From an uncultured Bacteroidota bacterium (lineage in GTDB: Bacteria > Bacteroidota > Bacteroidia > Bacteroidales > WCHB1-69): 64,000 bases of DNA. The position numbers were made by a program, and so were the translations under genes. The DNA lies in NCBI GenBank assembly GCA_942493315.1, contig OW818690.1, positions 942,696 to 1,006,695 on the forward strand. Reading direction: 5' to 3'. Positions 1-10,017 of this stretch are shown one piece after another. Each line of letters opens with the position of its first letter. Position 1 is the stretch's first letter. Under the pieces are notes generated by a model. That model had not been told where the DNA came from and did not search any database. It saw only the letters and a list, made by a program, of their open reading frames with translations.

Positions 1-945
1 TTCTTTATGGACAAAAAATTGGATTCTCAAACAGGAGAAGCTGAAGAAAAAGATGATCCATTTAAAATTAAAGATCTTGGAAAAATATTATCAAGTGGAG
101 GTTTCTGGTTAGTCGCTTTGCTATGTGTATTATACTATTCTGCTATTTTTCCATTTCAAAAATATGCTGTAAATATGTTGGAGTGTAATTTAACTTTAGT
201 AAAACCGGAGGGTTTTTGGGCCGGAAATACAGTTACAATTATTCATTATTTAATCATGTTAGTTGTTGCAATTTTTGCTTTTATGAGTAATTTCAAAAAG
301 GGAAAAACACAAATAATACTTTTAGTGACTTCTGTTGTTTTCTTAATTGTTTTCTGTGTAATGGGTTATATGAGACAATCAGCAGAAACTATTTTTGCTG
401 TTTTCCCATTATTAGCAGTTGGTATTACTCCAATATTAGGAAAATACGTTGATAATAAAGGAAAAGCTGCATCCATGTTGATGATTGGTTCTATTTTATT
501 GATCGTTTGTCATTTAACTTTTGCCTTTATATTACCATTATTTAAAGGAAATGACGTTGGTGGAATCATTTTAGCGTATGTTACAATTTTGGTTTTGGGA
601 GCATCATTTTCTCTTGTTCCTGCCTCATTATGGCCAAGTGTTCCAAAACTTGTTGATCATAAAGTTATTGGTTCTGCTTATGCTTTAATTTTCTGGATTC
701 AAAATATTGGTTTATGGTTATTCCCATTACTAATGGGAAAAATTCTTAATGCATCTAATCCTGATGTGGTTCAAAAATTAAAAGATGGTGCAATAACAGC
801 TAAAGAAGCAGCTATTTCTTATGATTATACAAATCCATTAATTATGCTCGCCGGCTTAGGTGTCGCGGCTTTAGTTTTTGGATTTATATTAAAAATTGTC
901 GATAAGAAAAAGGGTTTAGGTTTGGAATTACCAAATATCAAATAA
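1..945 (+). CDS. MFS-type transporter, C-terminal part (5' end outside window)
   Basis: The frame is open from position 1 with no stop before the ATG at 7. It has multiple hydrophobic helices with MFS-like spacing and a hairpin terminator just downstream. Confidence 0.65.
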   Translation, partial: FFMDKKLDSQTGEAEEKDDPFKIKDLGKILSSGGFWLVALLCVLYYSAIFPFQKYAVNMLECNLTLVKPEGFWAGNTVTIIHYLIMLVVAIFAFMSNFKKGKTQIILLVTSVVFLIVFCVMGYMRQSAETIFAVFPLLAVGITPILGKYVDNKGKAASMLMIGSILLIVCHLTFAFILPLFKGNDVGGIILAYVTILVLGASFSLVPASLWPSVPKLVDHKVIGSAYALIFWIQNIGLWLFPLLMGKILNASNPDVVQKLKDGAITAKEAAISYDYTNPLIMLAGLGVAALVFGFILKIVDKKKGLGLELPNIK

Positions 946-953
946 TAATAAAA

Positions 954-978
954 GGAGCAAATTTTGCTCCTTTTTTTT
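954..978 (+). terminator. Rho-independent terminator after the MFS gene
   Basis: Stem ggagc/gctcc (954-958 / 966-970) followed by a T-run (971-978). Confidence 0.5.
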
Positions 979-1087
979 CCTGTTAAAGTTTTATTATAAA
1001 ATTTTAACAAATATTTAGAAATATATAGTGTAACTTTGTGTCTATAAATACGAAAAACAAATAGTAAACATGTAAACATCAAAAACT

Positions 1088-3508
1088 ATGAAGAAACAGC
1101 TATTCCTTATTGGGGGATTATTGACTCCCTTTTTTGTCCGAGCGAGTGAAGCGGATATGGTATTACCAAATTTAAGAAATATAAAGTTTTTTAATGAACT
1201 ATTTACCGGATGGGATTTGCTTATTTGGGGATCCATAATTGTGTTTTTAGGTTTGTTTTTTGGTTTGTATCAAGCCGTACAAATCAGAAAACACCCTGTT
1301 CATGGATCAATGAAAAACATTGCCAAAATCATATATGAAACTTGTAAAACTTATTTGATTCAACAAGGAAAATTTTTAATGATCCTTTTTGCCATTATTG
1401 GTGTTGCGATTGTTTTTTATTTTGGAGTGCTCAGTCATAAAACAATACCTGAAGTTCTGTTAATATTGATGTGGACCATTTTAGGTATTTCCGGTTCTTA
1501 TGCTGTTGCTTGGTTTGGTATTAGAATCAATACGTTAGCAAATTGTAGAACATCATTTGCTTCTCTTAAAGGTAAACCTTGGAATGTAGTCTCATTACCT
1601 TTACAATCCGGAATGAGCGTTGGTTTATTATTGATAACCATTGAATTGATTTTGATGTTGATCATCCTTTTATTCATGCCGGCAACTAGTGCAGGTGCCT
1701 GTTTAATCGGGTTTGCTATTGGGGAATCATTAGGAGCAAGTGCACTAAGAATAGCCGGTGGTATTTTTACCAAAATTGCCGATATTGGTGCCGATTTAAT
1801 GAAAGTTGTTTTTAAAATAGGTGAAGATGATCCCAGAAATCCTGGCGTAATTGCCGATTGTACCGGTGATAATGCCGGGGATAGTGTTGGACCAACAGCT
1901 GACGGATTTGAAACGTATGGGGTAACCGGTGTTGCTCTTATCACCTTCATCATTTTGGTGATGCCATCTATGATTGAATTTCAAAGTTTATTGATTGTTT
2001 GGATTTTTGCGATGCGTATTTTAATGGTGTTTACTTCCATTTTTTCCTATAAAATTAACTTGATTGTTGCCAAAGCCCGCTACGAAAATGTGGATCGTTT
2101 TAATTTTGAAGGACCATTAACCGCTTTAGTATGGGTTACTTCTATTGTTTCTATCGTTGTTACTTACATCATCAGTTATTTGTTATTGAGCAACAACTCT
2201 TTGGTTGGAATAGAAGAACAATACACGCCTGATTTATGGTGGAAATTAGCTACAATCATCAGCTTAGGAACATTTGCTGCTGCCATAATTCCTGAATTTA
2301 CCAAAATATTTACTAGCTCGCAATCAGCCCACGTTAACGAAGTCGTGATCTCATCACGGGAAGGTGGACCATCACTTAATATTCTATCCGGTATGGTGGC
2401 CGGAAACTTTAGTGCTTTCTGGATCGGTATGCTGATGGTGGCTCTTATGGTGTGTGGATTTTTTGTTTCTTTAAATGGATTAGAGATCTTTGGAGAATAC
2501 GCTTCCATTTTTGCTTTTGGACTTGTTGCCTTCGGATTCCTGGGTATGGGACCCGTTACCATTGCTGTTGATAGTTATGGACCTGTAACAGACAATGCTC
2601 AATCTGTATTTGAATTGTCACAAATGGAAAAAATCCCCGGAATAAAAGAAGAAATTGAAAGAGATTATGGTTTTACTCCCGATTTTGAAAGAGGAAAACA
2701 TTTCTTAGAAGCCAACGATGGCGCAGGAAATACATTCAAAGCAACCGCAAAACCGGTATTGATCGGAACCGCTGTTGTGGGGGCTACAACGATGATATTC
2801 GCTATCATTTTGATGTTGAAAACGCAAGGACTCTTAAAATTGAGCCTTACAGATGCTCCGGTTCTTCTCGGGTTTATTACTGGTGGTGCTGTCATTTTTT
2901 GGTTCAGCGGTGCTTCTATGCAGGCTGTTACTGCAGGTGCTTACAGAGCTGTTGAATTTATCAAGAAAAACATCAATCTGAATAAAACGGAAGCAGATAT
3001 TGAAGACTCCAAAAAGGTGGTCAAAATTTGTACCCAATATGCTCTAAAAGGGATGTGGAACATTTTTATTGTTATTTTCACCTTAACTTTAGCCTTTGCA
3101 TTCTTTGATCCTAATTTCTTTGTTTCTTATTTGATCTCTATCGCTATTTTTGGGTTGTTTCAAGCCCTTTATATGGCCAATGCCGGTGGTGCATGGGATA
3201 ATGCTAAAAAAGTGGTAGAAGTGGACCTTAAAGAGAAAAACACACCTTTACATGAAGCTTGCGTTGTAGGAGATACAGTTGGTGACCCATACAAAGACAC
3301 TACCGCAGTTTCAATCAATCCAATCATCAAATTCTCAACTTTATTTGGGCTATTAGCAGTTGAAATAGCTGTATTAATGAAACAGGAAGCTAAAGCAACA
3401 GATTCATTCGACTTTACACCAGTCATTGGTATTTTGTTTTTAGCAGTTGGTCTTGTATTTGCCTATAGATCATTCTATTCCATGAGGATAAAAAACGAAC
3501 AGGAATAA
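1088..3508 (+). CDS. hppA: Membrane-bound H+/Na+-translocating pyrophosphatase
   Basis: 806 aa and polytopic. Hallmark motifs are DCTGDNAGDSVGPTADGFETYG, GGAWDNAKK and VGDTVGDPYKDT. Confidence 0.95.
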   Translation: MKKQLFLIGGLLTPFFVRASEADMVLPNLRNIKFFNELFTGWDLLIWGSIIVFLGLFFGLYQAVQIRKHPVHGSMKNIAKIIYETCKTYLIQQGKFLMILFAIIGVAIVFYFGVLSHKTIPEVLLILMWTILGISGSYAVAWFGIRINTLANCRTSFASLKGKPWNVVSLPLQSGMSVGLLLITIELILMLIILLFMPATSAGACLIGFAIGESLGASALRIAGGIFTKIADIGADLMKVVFKIGEDDPRNPGVIADCTGDNAGDSVGPTADGFETYGVTGVALITFIILVMPSMIEFQSLLIVWIFAMRILMVFTSIFSYKINLIVAKARYENVDRFNFEGPLTALVWVTSIVSIVVTYIISYLLLSNNSLVGIEEQYTPDLWWKLATIISLGTFAAAIIPEFTKIFTSSQSAHVNEVVISSREGGPSLNILSGMVAGNFSAFWIGMLMVALMVCGFFVSLNGLEIFGEYASIFAFGLVAFGFLGMGPVTIAVDSYGPVTDNAQSVFELSQMEKIPGIKEEIERDYGFTPDFERGKHFLEANDGAGNTFKATAKPVLIGTAVVGATTMIFAIILMLKTQGLLKLSLTDAPVLLGFITGGAVIFWFSGASMQAVTAGAYRAVEFIKKNINLNKTEADIEDSKKVVKICTQYALKGMWNIFIVIFTLTLAFAFFDPNFFVSYLISIAIFGLFQALYMANAGGAWDNAKKVVEVDLKEKNTPLHEACVVGDTVGDPYKDTTAVSINPIIKFSTLFGLLAVEIAVLMKQEAKATDSFDFTPVIGILFLAVGLVFAYRSFYSMRIKNEQE

Positions 3509-4095
3509 TGAAAAAAGTCATCATTTTAGTAATCATTTTACAGGCAATCTTATGGGTTGCCTGTATTCATAAAGAACAACCCAGTTCAGCAAAACCGAAA
3601 GGATATTTTAGAATTGAAACGCCAAAGGCGGAGTATCAAAAGTGGGACTCTCTCCTACCCTTTTCATTTGAATATTCTAAATATGCCCAATTTTCTTTTG
3701 AGGAAAAAGAACCCAAAACATATTGGATGGATCTCCAATATCCTCAATATAATGTGTCTTTGAAAATGTCAATTTTCCCCCTAAAAGATAACCTTCGGAA
3801 ACTCATTGTAAATGAGGAGAAAATGTTGATGTTCCACGTGGAGAGTAGAAAAGCAGATGATATTCTTTACTCAGATATTAACGATTCGAAAGAAAAAGTG
3901 TACGGTCAACTGTATGAATTGGTAGGCAAAGGTGCGGCAACACCTCTCAAATTTTGGATAACTGATAGTACTCGTTATTTTGTAAGTGCATCCCTTTATT
4001 TTAATTTTCCACCCAATAATGACTCCCTTCAACCCGTTATCAATTATTTAAAAACAGATGTTTTACATCTAATTGAAACCTGGAAGTGGAAATAA
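3508..4095 (+). CDS. gldD: Gliding motility lipoprotein GldD
   Basis: Lipoprotein signal (..LWVAC). The pattern PKGYFRIE..PFSFEY..DSTRYF..SLYF..ETWKWK matches my recollection of Flavobacterium GldD. ssb lies nearby, as at the F. johnsoniae gldD locus. Confidence 0.75.
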   Translation: MKKVIILVIILQAILWVACIHKEQPSSAKPKGYFRIETPKAEYQKWDSLLPFSFEYSKYAQFSFEEKEPKTYWMDLQYPQYNVSLKMSIFPLKDNLRKLIVNEEKMLMFHVESRKADDILYSDINDSKEKVYGQLYELVGKGAATPLKFWITDSTRYFVSASLYFNFPPNNDSLQPVINYLKTDVLHLIETWKWK

Positions 4096-4103
4096 CCTAT
4101 ACT

Positions 4104-5153
4104 ATGAATAAAAAAAAGATAATTGTTAGTCTCGTAATTGTTGCCCTTTTGGTAGCAGGTGTTCTGTTTTTTGTTTTTAGAACACCAAAGGAGAGAAAAC
4201 TCCAAGTTTCTGCATCAGAATTGAAAGAAGCCAAAAAACAGGTAAATATTGAAATCTTAAGGTATGATCAGGATGTTTTTAAAGTGAAACAAGATCATTT
4301 TGCAGAAGGAATTTCCATGCTTTCTCAAAAATATCCCCCTTTTTTAATAGATCCGCAACTATTTTCAGATACATTATTTGTTAAAAAGTTTCTAAATTAT
4401 TTAAAAGACCCTAAAATAATTGATCTCTATAACTTTACCCAAAAAAAATACGGAAATTTTGAAACCTATGAAAATAGTTTTAAAGATGCTTTTGCGCACT
4501 ATTTAGTCTATTTTCCTAAAGAATCTATTCCCAAAATCATCACTCTCATAACAGGTTTGGATTTTCAAACACCTTCAGTTTATATCTATGATCAACATAT
4601 TATTCTAAACTTAGATCACTATTTAGGGAAAGATTTTTCCAAGTATAATCAATTGGGCGTTCCTAAATATATTTCCGAAAGAATGGATAGCACTTTCCTT
4701 GAAGTTGACCTTTTTAAAAAAGCAATTGTATATAAACATCTACCCGATCAAACACCTGTGACTGTAATGGAAAATATGATTATTGAAGGAAAAAAACTCT
4801 ATTTTACAGAAATGATGTTACCTCAAAAACCATTAAAAGATATTATTGGGTATTCTGAAGAAAAATTTCAATGGGCTGAACAGTTTTACCCCAACGTATG
4901 GACTTATATGATTGAAAATAATTTACTTTTTTCTCAGGAAGAGAGTGTTTTCAGAAATTATATTCAGGAATCCCCTTTTACAAAACCTTTTGGAAGTGTT
5001 TCACCCGGGAGATTCGGTCAATTTTTAGGCTGGAAAATTGTGAAAGCATATATGGAAAATAATCCAAATATTACACTGGAACAATTAATGCAAACAACAG
5101 ATCTTCAAATGATCCTGAATAAATCAGCATTTAAACCGGTTGTAAAAAAATAA
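4104..5153 (+). CDS. GldB-like gliding motility lipoprotein (start moved to the ATG at 4104)
   Basis: N-terminal anchor MNKKKIIVSLVIVALL. The early I-x-R-(F/Y)-D-x-D-x-F segment and the size resemble GldB. The GTG at 4086 overlaps the gldD stop, so the ATG at 4104 is preferred. Confidence 0.5.
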   Translation: MNKKKIIVSLVIVALLVAGVLFFVFRTPKERKLQVSASELKEAKKQVNIEILRYDQDVFKVKQDHFAEGISMLSQKYPPFLIDPQLFSDTLFVKKFLNYLKDPKIIDLYNFTQKKYGNFETYENSFKDAFAHYLVYFPKESIPKIITLITGLDFQTPSVYIYDQHIILNLDHYLGKDFSKYNQLGVPKYISERMDSTFLEVDLFKKAIVYKHLPDQTPVTVMENMIIEGKKLYFTEMMLPQKPLKDIIGYSEEKFQWAEQFYPNVWTYMIENNLLFSQEESVFRNYIQESPFTKPFGSVSPGRFGQFLGWKIVKAYMENNPNITLEQLMQTTDLQMILNKSAFKPVVKK

Positions 5154-5195
5154 TTTTTTTTACACAAATTATACTCCTATTTTAAGAATAATTAT

Positions 5196-5203
5196 TATCT
5201 TTG
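5196..5203 (+). promoter_or_regulatory. Bacteroidota -7 promoter box (TATCTTTG) for ssb
   Basis: Matches TAnnTTTG 24 nt upstream of the ssb ATG and is followed by TCGCGTA. Confidence 0.45.
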
Positions 5204-5226
5204 TCGCGTACTAAAATAAAACTACT

Positions 5227-5664
5227 ATGTCTGGTATTAACAAAGTAATTCTCATTGGCCGACTAGGAAAAGATCCTGAAGTCAGAGCCTTCGAAGGTGG
5301 AACAAAGAAAGCCTCCTTCTCATTAGCAACATCCGAAATCTACAAAGACAAGGAGGGCAAGAAAGTGGAACAAACCGAATGGCACAACATTGTGTGCTGG
5401 CGGAGTTTAGCTGAAATTGCTGAAAAATTTCTTACCAAAGGTAAACTTATTTACCTGGAAGGAAGACTCCGTACCAGATCTTGGGAAGATAACGGAGTAA
5501 AAAAGTATGTAACAGAAATCGAAGCGACAACATTCACAATGTTGGGCTCTAAACAAGACGATGCCGACAAACCCACGGCTGAAAAAGTGGTCAATGCACC
5601 ACATGCAGAACCGAGTCCGGTCAACGTTGAAACCGATTTCGTCTCTGATGACCTACCATTCTAA
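5227..5664 (+). CDS. ssb: Single-stranded DNA-binding protein
   Basis: OB-fold pattern NKVILIGRLGKDPE..EWHNIVCW..LYLEGRLRTRSWED and an acidic C-terminal tip DDLPF. Confidence 0.95.
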   Translation: MSGINKVILIGRLGKDPEVRAFEGGTKKASFSLATSEIYKDKEGKKVEQTEWHNIVCWRSLAEIAEKFLTKGKLIYLEGRLRTRSWEDNGVKKYVTEIEATTFTMLGSKQDDADKPTAEKVVNAPHAEPSPVNVETDFVSDDLPF

Positions 5665-5674
5665 AGCATCAAAA

Positions 5675-5699
5675 AGAGGAGTTTTTCTCCTCTTTTTTT
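5675..5699 (+). terminator. Rho-independent terminator after ssb
   Basis: Stem agaggag/ctcctct followed by a T-run. Confidence 0.55.
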
Positions 5700-5725
5700 A
5701 ACAAATAAAAAGGACTCCATAAAAC

Positions 5726-7012
5726 ATGAAAAAACAAAAACTTTTAATACTGGCTTTTTTCGCTTTATTTTTTTATAATTCATATTGTCAAGTAGACACT
5801 ATTAAAATGATGCAGTATAATCTGATGTATTATACAACAGCTGTTCCGTCCGGTTGCACTGTGACCTCCACTTATCTGAACGATAAAGATATGAACCTCA
5901 AAAAAATTATCAAATATGCTCAACCCGATATTTTAAGTGTCAATGAGATCGGAAGTCAGTCTACCTATGTGGATAGAATCAAAAATAATGCATTGAATAC
6001 GGATGGTGTAACCTATTATCAAAATTGTCCCCTTACCAATTTCTCCGGAGGATCGATTGCGAATATGGTTTACTATGATTCCAGAAAATTGGGTTATCAC
6101 TCCTTCTTTTATGTAACTACCAGTGTTAGAGATATTAATGCATATAAAATGTATTATAAAACCCCAAATTTAGTTAATGGGGATACCATTTTTATCACCT
6201 TTATTGTAACGCATTTAAAAGCCGGAAGTTATGACGCTGATAAAACAACCAGAGCCCAACAAACGCAGGCTTTAATGACTAAGTTAGAACAAATTGGAAC
6301 AGCCAGCAATTATGTTTTTTCCGGAGATTTTAATCTCTACTCCTCTTCAGAAATCGCATATCAGAATCTAATCAATTATTCCAATACACTTTACAGATTT
6401 TATGATCCAATCAATCAATCCGGAAATTGGAATAATTCCTCTCAATTTGCCAATATTCATACCCAATCAACCCATACTTCATCAGATAATGGTTGTTTTT
6501 CAACCGGAGGCATGGATGATCGTTTTGATTTTATATTAGTATCTCCATATATTTACTACGGAAGTAAAAAAGTGAGATCGATCAATGAATCCTATTTGGC
6601 TTTAGGACAAGATGGAGAAAGATTTAATGGATCCATTAACAATCCCGGTAATACGATTGTTCCCGATTCCATAGCCAACGCAATGTATAATCTATCCGAT
6701 CACTTACCTGTTATTTTGCAATTTGCTATTGACTATACCGTTTCTGTTCAGGATTTTGCCTCTGTTATTCAGGTGAATGTAAACAATCCTGTTCAGGATC
6801 AGATTCAGATGGAAATACAATTAGATCAACCCGATCATTTAACGGTAGAGATCTATTCTTTAAGTGGACAACTGCTTGAAAAAACAACCAATTATTTTGA
6901 AAGTGGAAGTTCAAGATGGAATCAAAAATTTGATTATCCCCCATCTCTCTATTTATTAAAAATACAAAACTCTAAAAATCAATATGTTGTAAAAAAAATA
7001 GTGAAATCGTAA
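5726..7012 (+). CDS. Secreted endonuclease/exonuclease/phosphatase-family protein with a T9SS C-terminal domain
   Basis: Signal peptide, EEP-like motifs (SVNEIG, THLKAG, SGDFN, SDHLPV), and a C-terminal roughly 80-aa T9SS-type sorting domain (..LTVEIYSLSGQLL..LYLLKIQN..). Confidence 0.6.
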   Translation: MKKQKLLILAFFALFFYNSYCQVDTIKMMQYNLMYYTTAVPSGCTVTSTYLNDKDMNLKKIIKYAQPDILSVNEIGSQSTYVDRIKNNALNTDGVTYYQNCPLTNFSGGSIANMVYYDSRKLGYHSFFYVTTSVRDINAYKMYYKTPNLVNGDTIFITFIVTHLKAGSYDADKTTRAQQTQALMTKLEQIGTASNYVFSGDFNLYSSSEIAYQNLINYSNTLYRFYDPINQSGNWNNSSQFANIHTQSTHTSSDNGCFSTGGMDDRFDFILVSPYIYYGSKKVRSINESYLALGQDGERFNGSINNPGNTIVPDSIANAMYNLSDHLPVILQFAIDYTVSVQDFASVIQVNVNNPVQDQIQMEIQLDQPDHLTVEIYSLSGQLLEKTTNYFESGSSRWNQKFDYPPSLYLLKIQNSKNQYVVKKIVKS

Positions 7013-7050
7013 TCCCTTAGGTCTGGTGACTAACCAAACGTTTTTTTCAC

Positions 7051-7058
7051 TATATTTG
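7051..7058 (+). promoter_or_regulatory. -7 promoter box (TATATTTG) upstream of the EF-G paralog
   Basis: TAnnTTTG match 57 nt upstream of the ATG at 7115. Confidence 0.4.
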
Positions 7059-7114
7059 CGCCCTCAAATTAAAAATATAAAAAATTTAAGATTTAATAAT
7101 AATTTAAGACCACA

Positions 7115-9244
7115 ATGAAAGTTTATCAAACCAAAGAAATTAGAAATGTCGCCCTTATCGGTGGTAACCGTGTTGGAAAAACGACCCTTGCCGAAGCTAT
7201 GGCTTTTCATGGCGGCGTAATAAGCAGAAGAGGAACTGTTGAAGATAAAAATACCATTTCAGATTATCGTGATGTAGAGTTAGAAAGACAACAATCTATC
7301 CAGGCTACAGTAATGTATGCTGAACATGATGGATGCAAAATCAATATGATTGATTGTCCGGGTTTTGATGACTTTATTGGAGAAGTTATTGGTTCATTAA
7401 GAGTTGCTGATACAGCAATGATGGTTATCAACGCTCAAAATGGGGTGGACGTTGGTGCTGAAATTCAATGGAGATGGACTAAAAAAATGAATGTTCCAGT
7501 ATTTTTCGTTGTAAACGAGTTGGATCACGAAAAAGCCAATTTTGAAGAAACAATCAGACAATTAAAACATTACTTTGGAAACAGTGTAATGCCATTCCAA
7601 TATCCTGTAAATGCCGGTATCGGTTTTGACAGTGTAATCGATTTACTTCAGATGAAACTTTTAAAATTCCCTATTGGGGGTGGAAAAACAATCGTTGAAG
7701 ATATTCCTGCATCAGAAAAAGATAAAGCAGAAGAGATGTACAATGCATTAGTGGAAGCTGCTGCTGAAAACGATGAAGCCTTAATGGACAAATTCTTTGA
7801 AGAAGGAACACTTACCGAAGAGGAGATGGCCAGAGGGTTAAAATTAGGAATCATCAACCGTGGTACATTTCCTGTAATTTGCGTTGCTGCAAAAACTGAT
7901 CAAGGGGTTACCAGAATGATGGATATTATTAAAAGCAGTTGTCCAGCACCTGATGAAATGATTGGTGTTCAAACACTTTCAGGAAAAACATTAGCTTGCA
8001 AAACAACAGATATTCCAACCGGTTATGTTTTCAAAACATCTATTGAACAACACATTGGTGAACTTTCAATCATGAAAATTTATGGAGGAGAGATCACCGA
8101 AGCCATGGATATGGTAAACAATAAAACCAATTCTAAGGAAAGATTAACGTCTCTTCTTTGTGTAGCAGGAAAAAACAGAGAGAAAGTGGAAAAAGCAGTT
8201 GCCGGTGATATCGTTGCTACTATCAAATTAAAAGGAACACAATCATCTCACACCTTAGTAAAATCAGGAGATGAAATGATTGTACCAACAGAATATCCGG
8301 AACCAAAATTCCGTACAGCAGTTAAAGCTAGAAACAGTTCAGATGATGAAAAACTAGGTGCCATTTTAAACGAATTCCGCAAAACAGACCTTACTTTCCT
8401 TTCTGAACAATCTAAAGAGTTAAAACAAGTGATCATCTCAGGACAAGGGGAACAACACTTGAATATTGTGAAATGGATCATTGAAAAGTTGAATAAAGTG
8501 GAAATTGAGTATTATGCTCCTAAAATTCCTTATCGTGAAACCATTACTAAATCAGCAGAAGCGATGTACCGTCACAAAAAACAATCAGGTGGAGCCGGCC
8601 AATTCGGTGAAGTTCACATGCTTGTAGAACCTTACTATGAAGGTATGACTAACCAAAATAAATACCCAATCCGTGGAACTGATGTGTATGAATTACCTTG
8701 GGGTGGTAAACTCATTTTCAACAATTGTATCGTCGGTGGTGCTATTGATGCCAGATTTTTACCCGCTATTTTAAAAGGGATCAACGAGAGAATTGAAGAA
8801 GGCCCACTTACAGGTTCTTATGCTCGTGATATCGTAATTAATGTCTATGATGGTAAAATGCACCCTGTTGACTCTAATGAGTTGGCATTCAAATTAGCCG
8901 GTCGTCAAGCTTTCCGTGAAGCATTCAAAAATGCAGGTCCTAAAATTTTGGAACCTATTTATGATGTGGAAGTTTTCGTACCTTCTGACAGAATGGGTGA
9001 TGTTATGACTGACCTTCAAGGACGTAGAGGGGTTGTAATGGGAATGGACAGTGATGGTGAATTCCAAATCATTCGCGCTAAAATTCCATTAGCAGAAATG
9101 AACAAATATTCAACCACATTAAGTTCTATCACTTCTGGACGTGCATCTTACGGAATGAAATTTGCTGAATACCAACAAGTTCCTGCTGATGTTCAAAGCG
9201 AAATCATCAAAAAATACGAAGAAGAAAACAAAGAAGACGAATAG
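7115..9244 (+). CDS. Elongation factor G family GTPase (paralog type)
   Basis: 709 aa with G1 GGNRVGKTT, G3 DCPGFDDF, G4-like NELD, and EF-G domain III-V-like C-terminal sequence. The P-loop differs from the canonical AHIDAGKTT. Confidence 0.85.
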   Translation: MKVYQTKEIRNVALIGGNRVGKTTLAEAMAFHGGVISRRGTVEDKNTISDYRDVELERQQSIQATVMYAEHDGCKINMIDCPGFDDFIGEVIGSLRVADTAMMVINAQNGVDVGAEIQWRWTKKMNVPVFFVVNELDHEKANFEETIRQLKHYFGNSVMPFQYPVNAGIGFDSVIDLLQMKLLKFPIGGGKTIVEDIPASEKDKAEEMYNALVEAAAENDEALMDKFFEEGTLTEEEMARGLKLGIINRGTFPVICVAAKTDQGVTRMMDIIKSSCPAPDEMIGVQTLSGKTLACKTTDIPTGYVFKTSIEQHIGELSIMKIYGGEITEAMDMVNNKTNSKERLTSLLCVAGKNREKVEKAVAGDIVATIKLKGTQSSHTLVKSGDEMIVPTEYPEPKFRTAVKARNSSDDEKLGAILNEFRKTDLTFLSEQSKELKQVIISGQGEQHLNIVKWIIEKLNKVEIEYYAPKIPYRETITKSAEAMYRHKKQSGGAGQFGEVHMLVEPYYEGMTNQNKYPIRGTDVYELPWGGKLIFNNCIVGGAIDARFLPAILKGINERIEEGPLTGSYARDIVINVYDGKMHPVDSNELAFKLAGRQAFREAFKNAGPKILEPIYDVEVFVPSDRMGDVMTDLQGRRGVVMGMDSDGEFQIIRAKIPLAEMNKYSTTLSSITSGRASYGMKFAEYQQVPADVQSEIIKKYEEENKEDE

Positions 9245-9269
9245 TCTATTGCTTTTTCAATCTCATAAA

Positions 9270-9298
9270 GGAGTATCTGTTAAGATGCTCCTTTTTTG
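9270..9298 (+). terminator. Rho-independent terminator after the EF-G paralog
   Basis: Stem ggagtatc/gatgctcc (one G-U pair) followed by a T-run. Confidence 0.55.
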
Positions 9299-9495
9299 TT
9301 TGTTATCTTTTTTCTCATCAATTTAAATTTTTTTAGTATTTTTGACACCTTAAAAACTGACATGTAAGTAAGAGATTATCTATTATCAATGTTTAAAATT
9401 TTATTTTTATTTCCGATTAAGAAAATAAATTTACCATTAACAATATAATTGGTATGTTAACACTTACACTAAATATCTAATTATAATGAATTATT

Positions 9496-9996
9496 ATGAA
9501 TAAATTATTGTTCTGTTTTGTTCTGTTAATCTCTGTTGTGGGATTAAAATCTCAAACGATTGGTGTTGTTGAATCAAATAACACCATATTTTATTTGGGA
9601 GCAAGTTTACCGCAAGACGGTTATCCTGTTGAAATTGGTTTGACAACCGGTTTAAAAGATGATTTTTTAGGAATAGAAAATTTCCATTTTTGTTTAGATC
9701 TTTTTTATAGAACTAAATTTAAAAATCCAACTTATGGAAAAGTGATGGCTGGTGGTTTTGGAATCAATTTACGATATTCATTATTTGATGATTTTGATCT
9801 GTTTTTAGCAGCTGATGTAGGAATTCCTTATGCACCGGGTGTATGGTTATTTGCACAAAATGACGATTTTATTACACTTGAATATTTTTTAAATATTGGA
9901 GTTTCATACGCTTTTTCTGAATATTTTGGAGCTTATGTCAAGGGTGGATATAGTAATTTTGGTAATCTTGGAATGGGGTTATTTGTAAGATTTTAA
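9496..9996 (+). CDS. Small outer-membrane beta-barrel-like protein (hypothetical)
   Basis: Signal peptide, alternating Gly/aromatic beta-strand-like pattern, and a C-terminal ..GLFVRF ending in an aromatic residue. Confidence 0.4.
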   Translation: MNKLLFCFVLLISVVGLKSQTIGVVESNNTIFYLGASLPQDGYPVEIGLTTGLKDDFLGIENFHFCLDLFYRTKFKNPTYGKVMAGGFGINLRYSLFDDFDLFLAADVGIPYAPGVWLFAQNDDFITLEYFLNIGVSYAFSEYFGAYVKGGYSNFGNLGMGLFVRF

Positions 9997-10017
9997 ATAT
10001 ATTAAATTCAAAAAAAC

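Noticed and set aside
1042-3426. Antisense and overlapping ORFs inside hppA (1498-1953, 1796-1984, 2176-2562, 2665-2895, 2834-3037, 3169-3426, and 1042-1236)
   Set aside because: They lie opposite a confidently identified, motif-rich gene. Similar shadow ORFs opposite lpdA, feoB, the EF-G paralog, the operon genes and the DUF4838 gene were discarded for the same reason.
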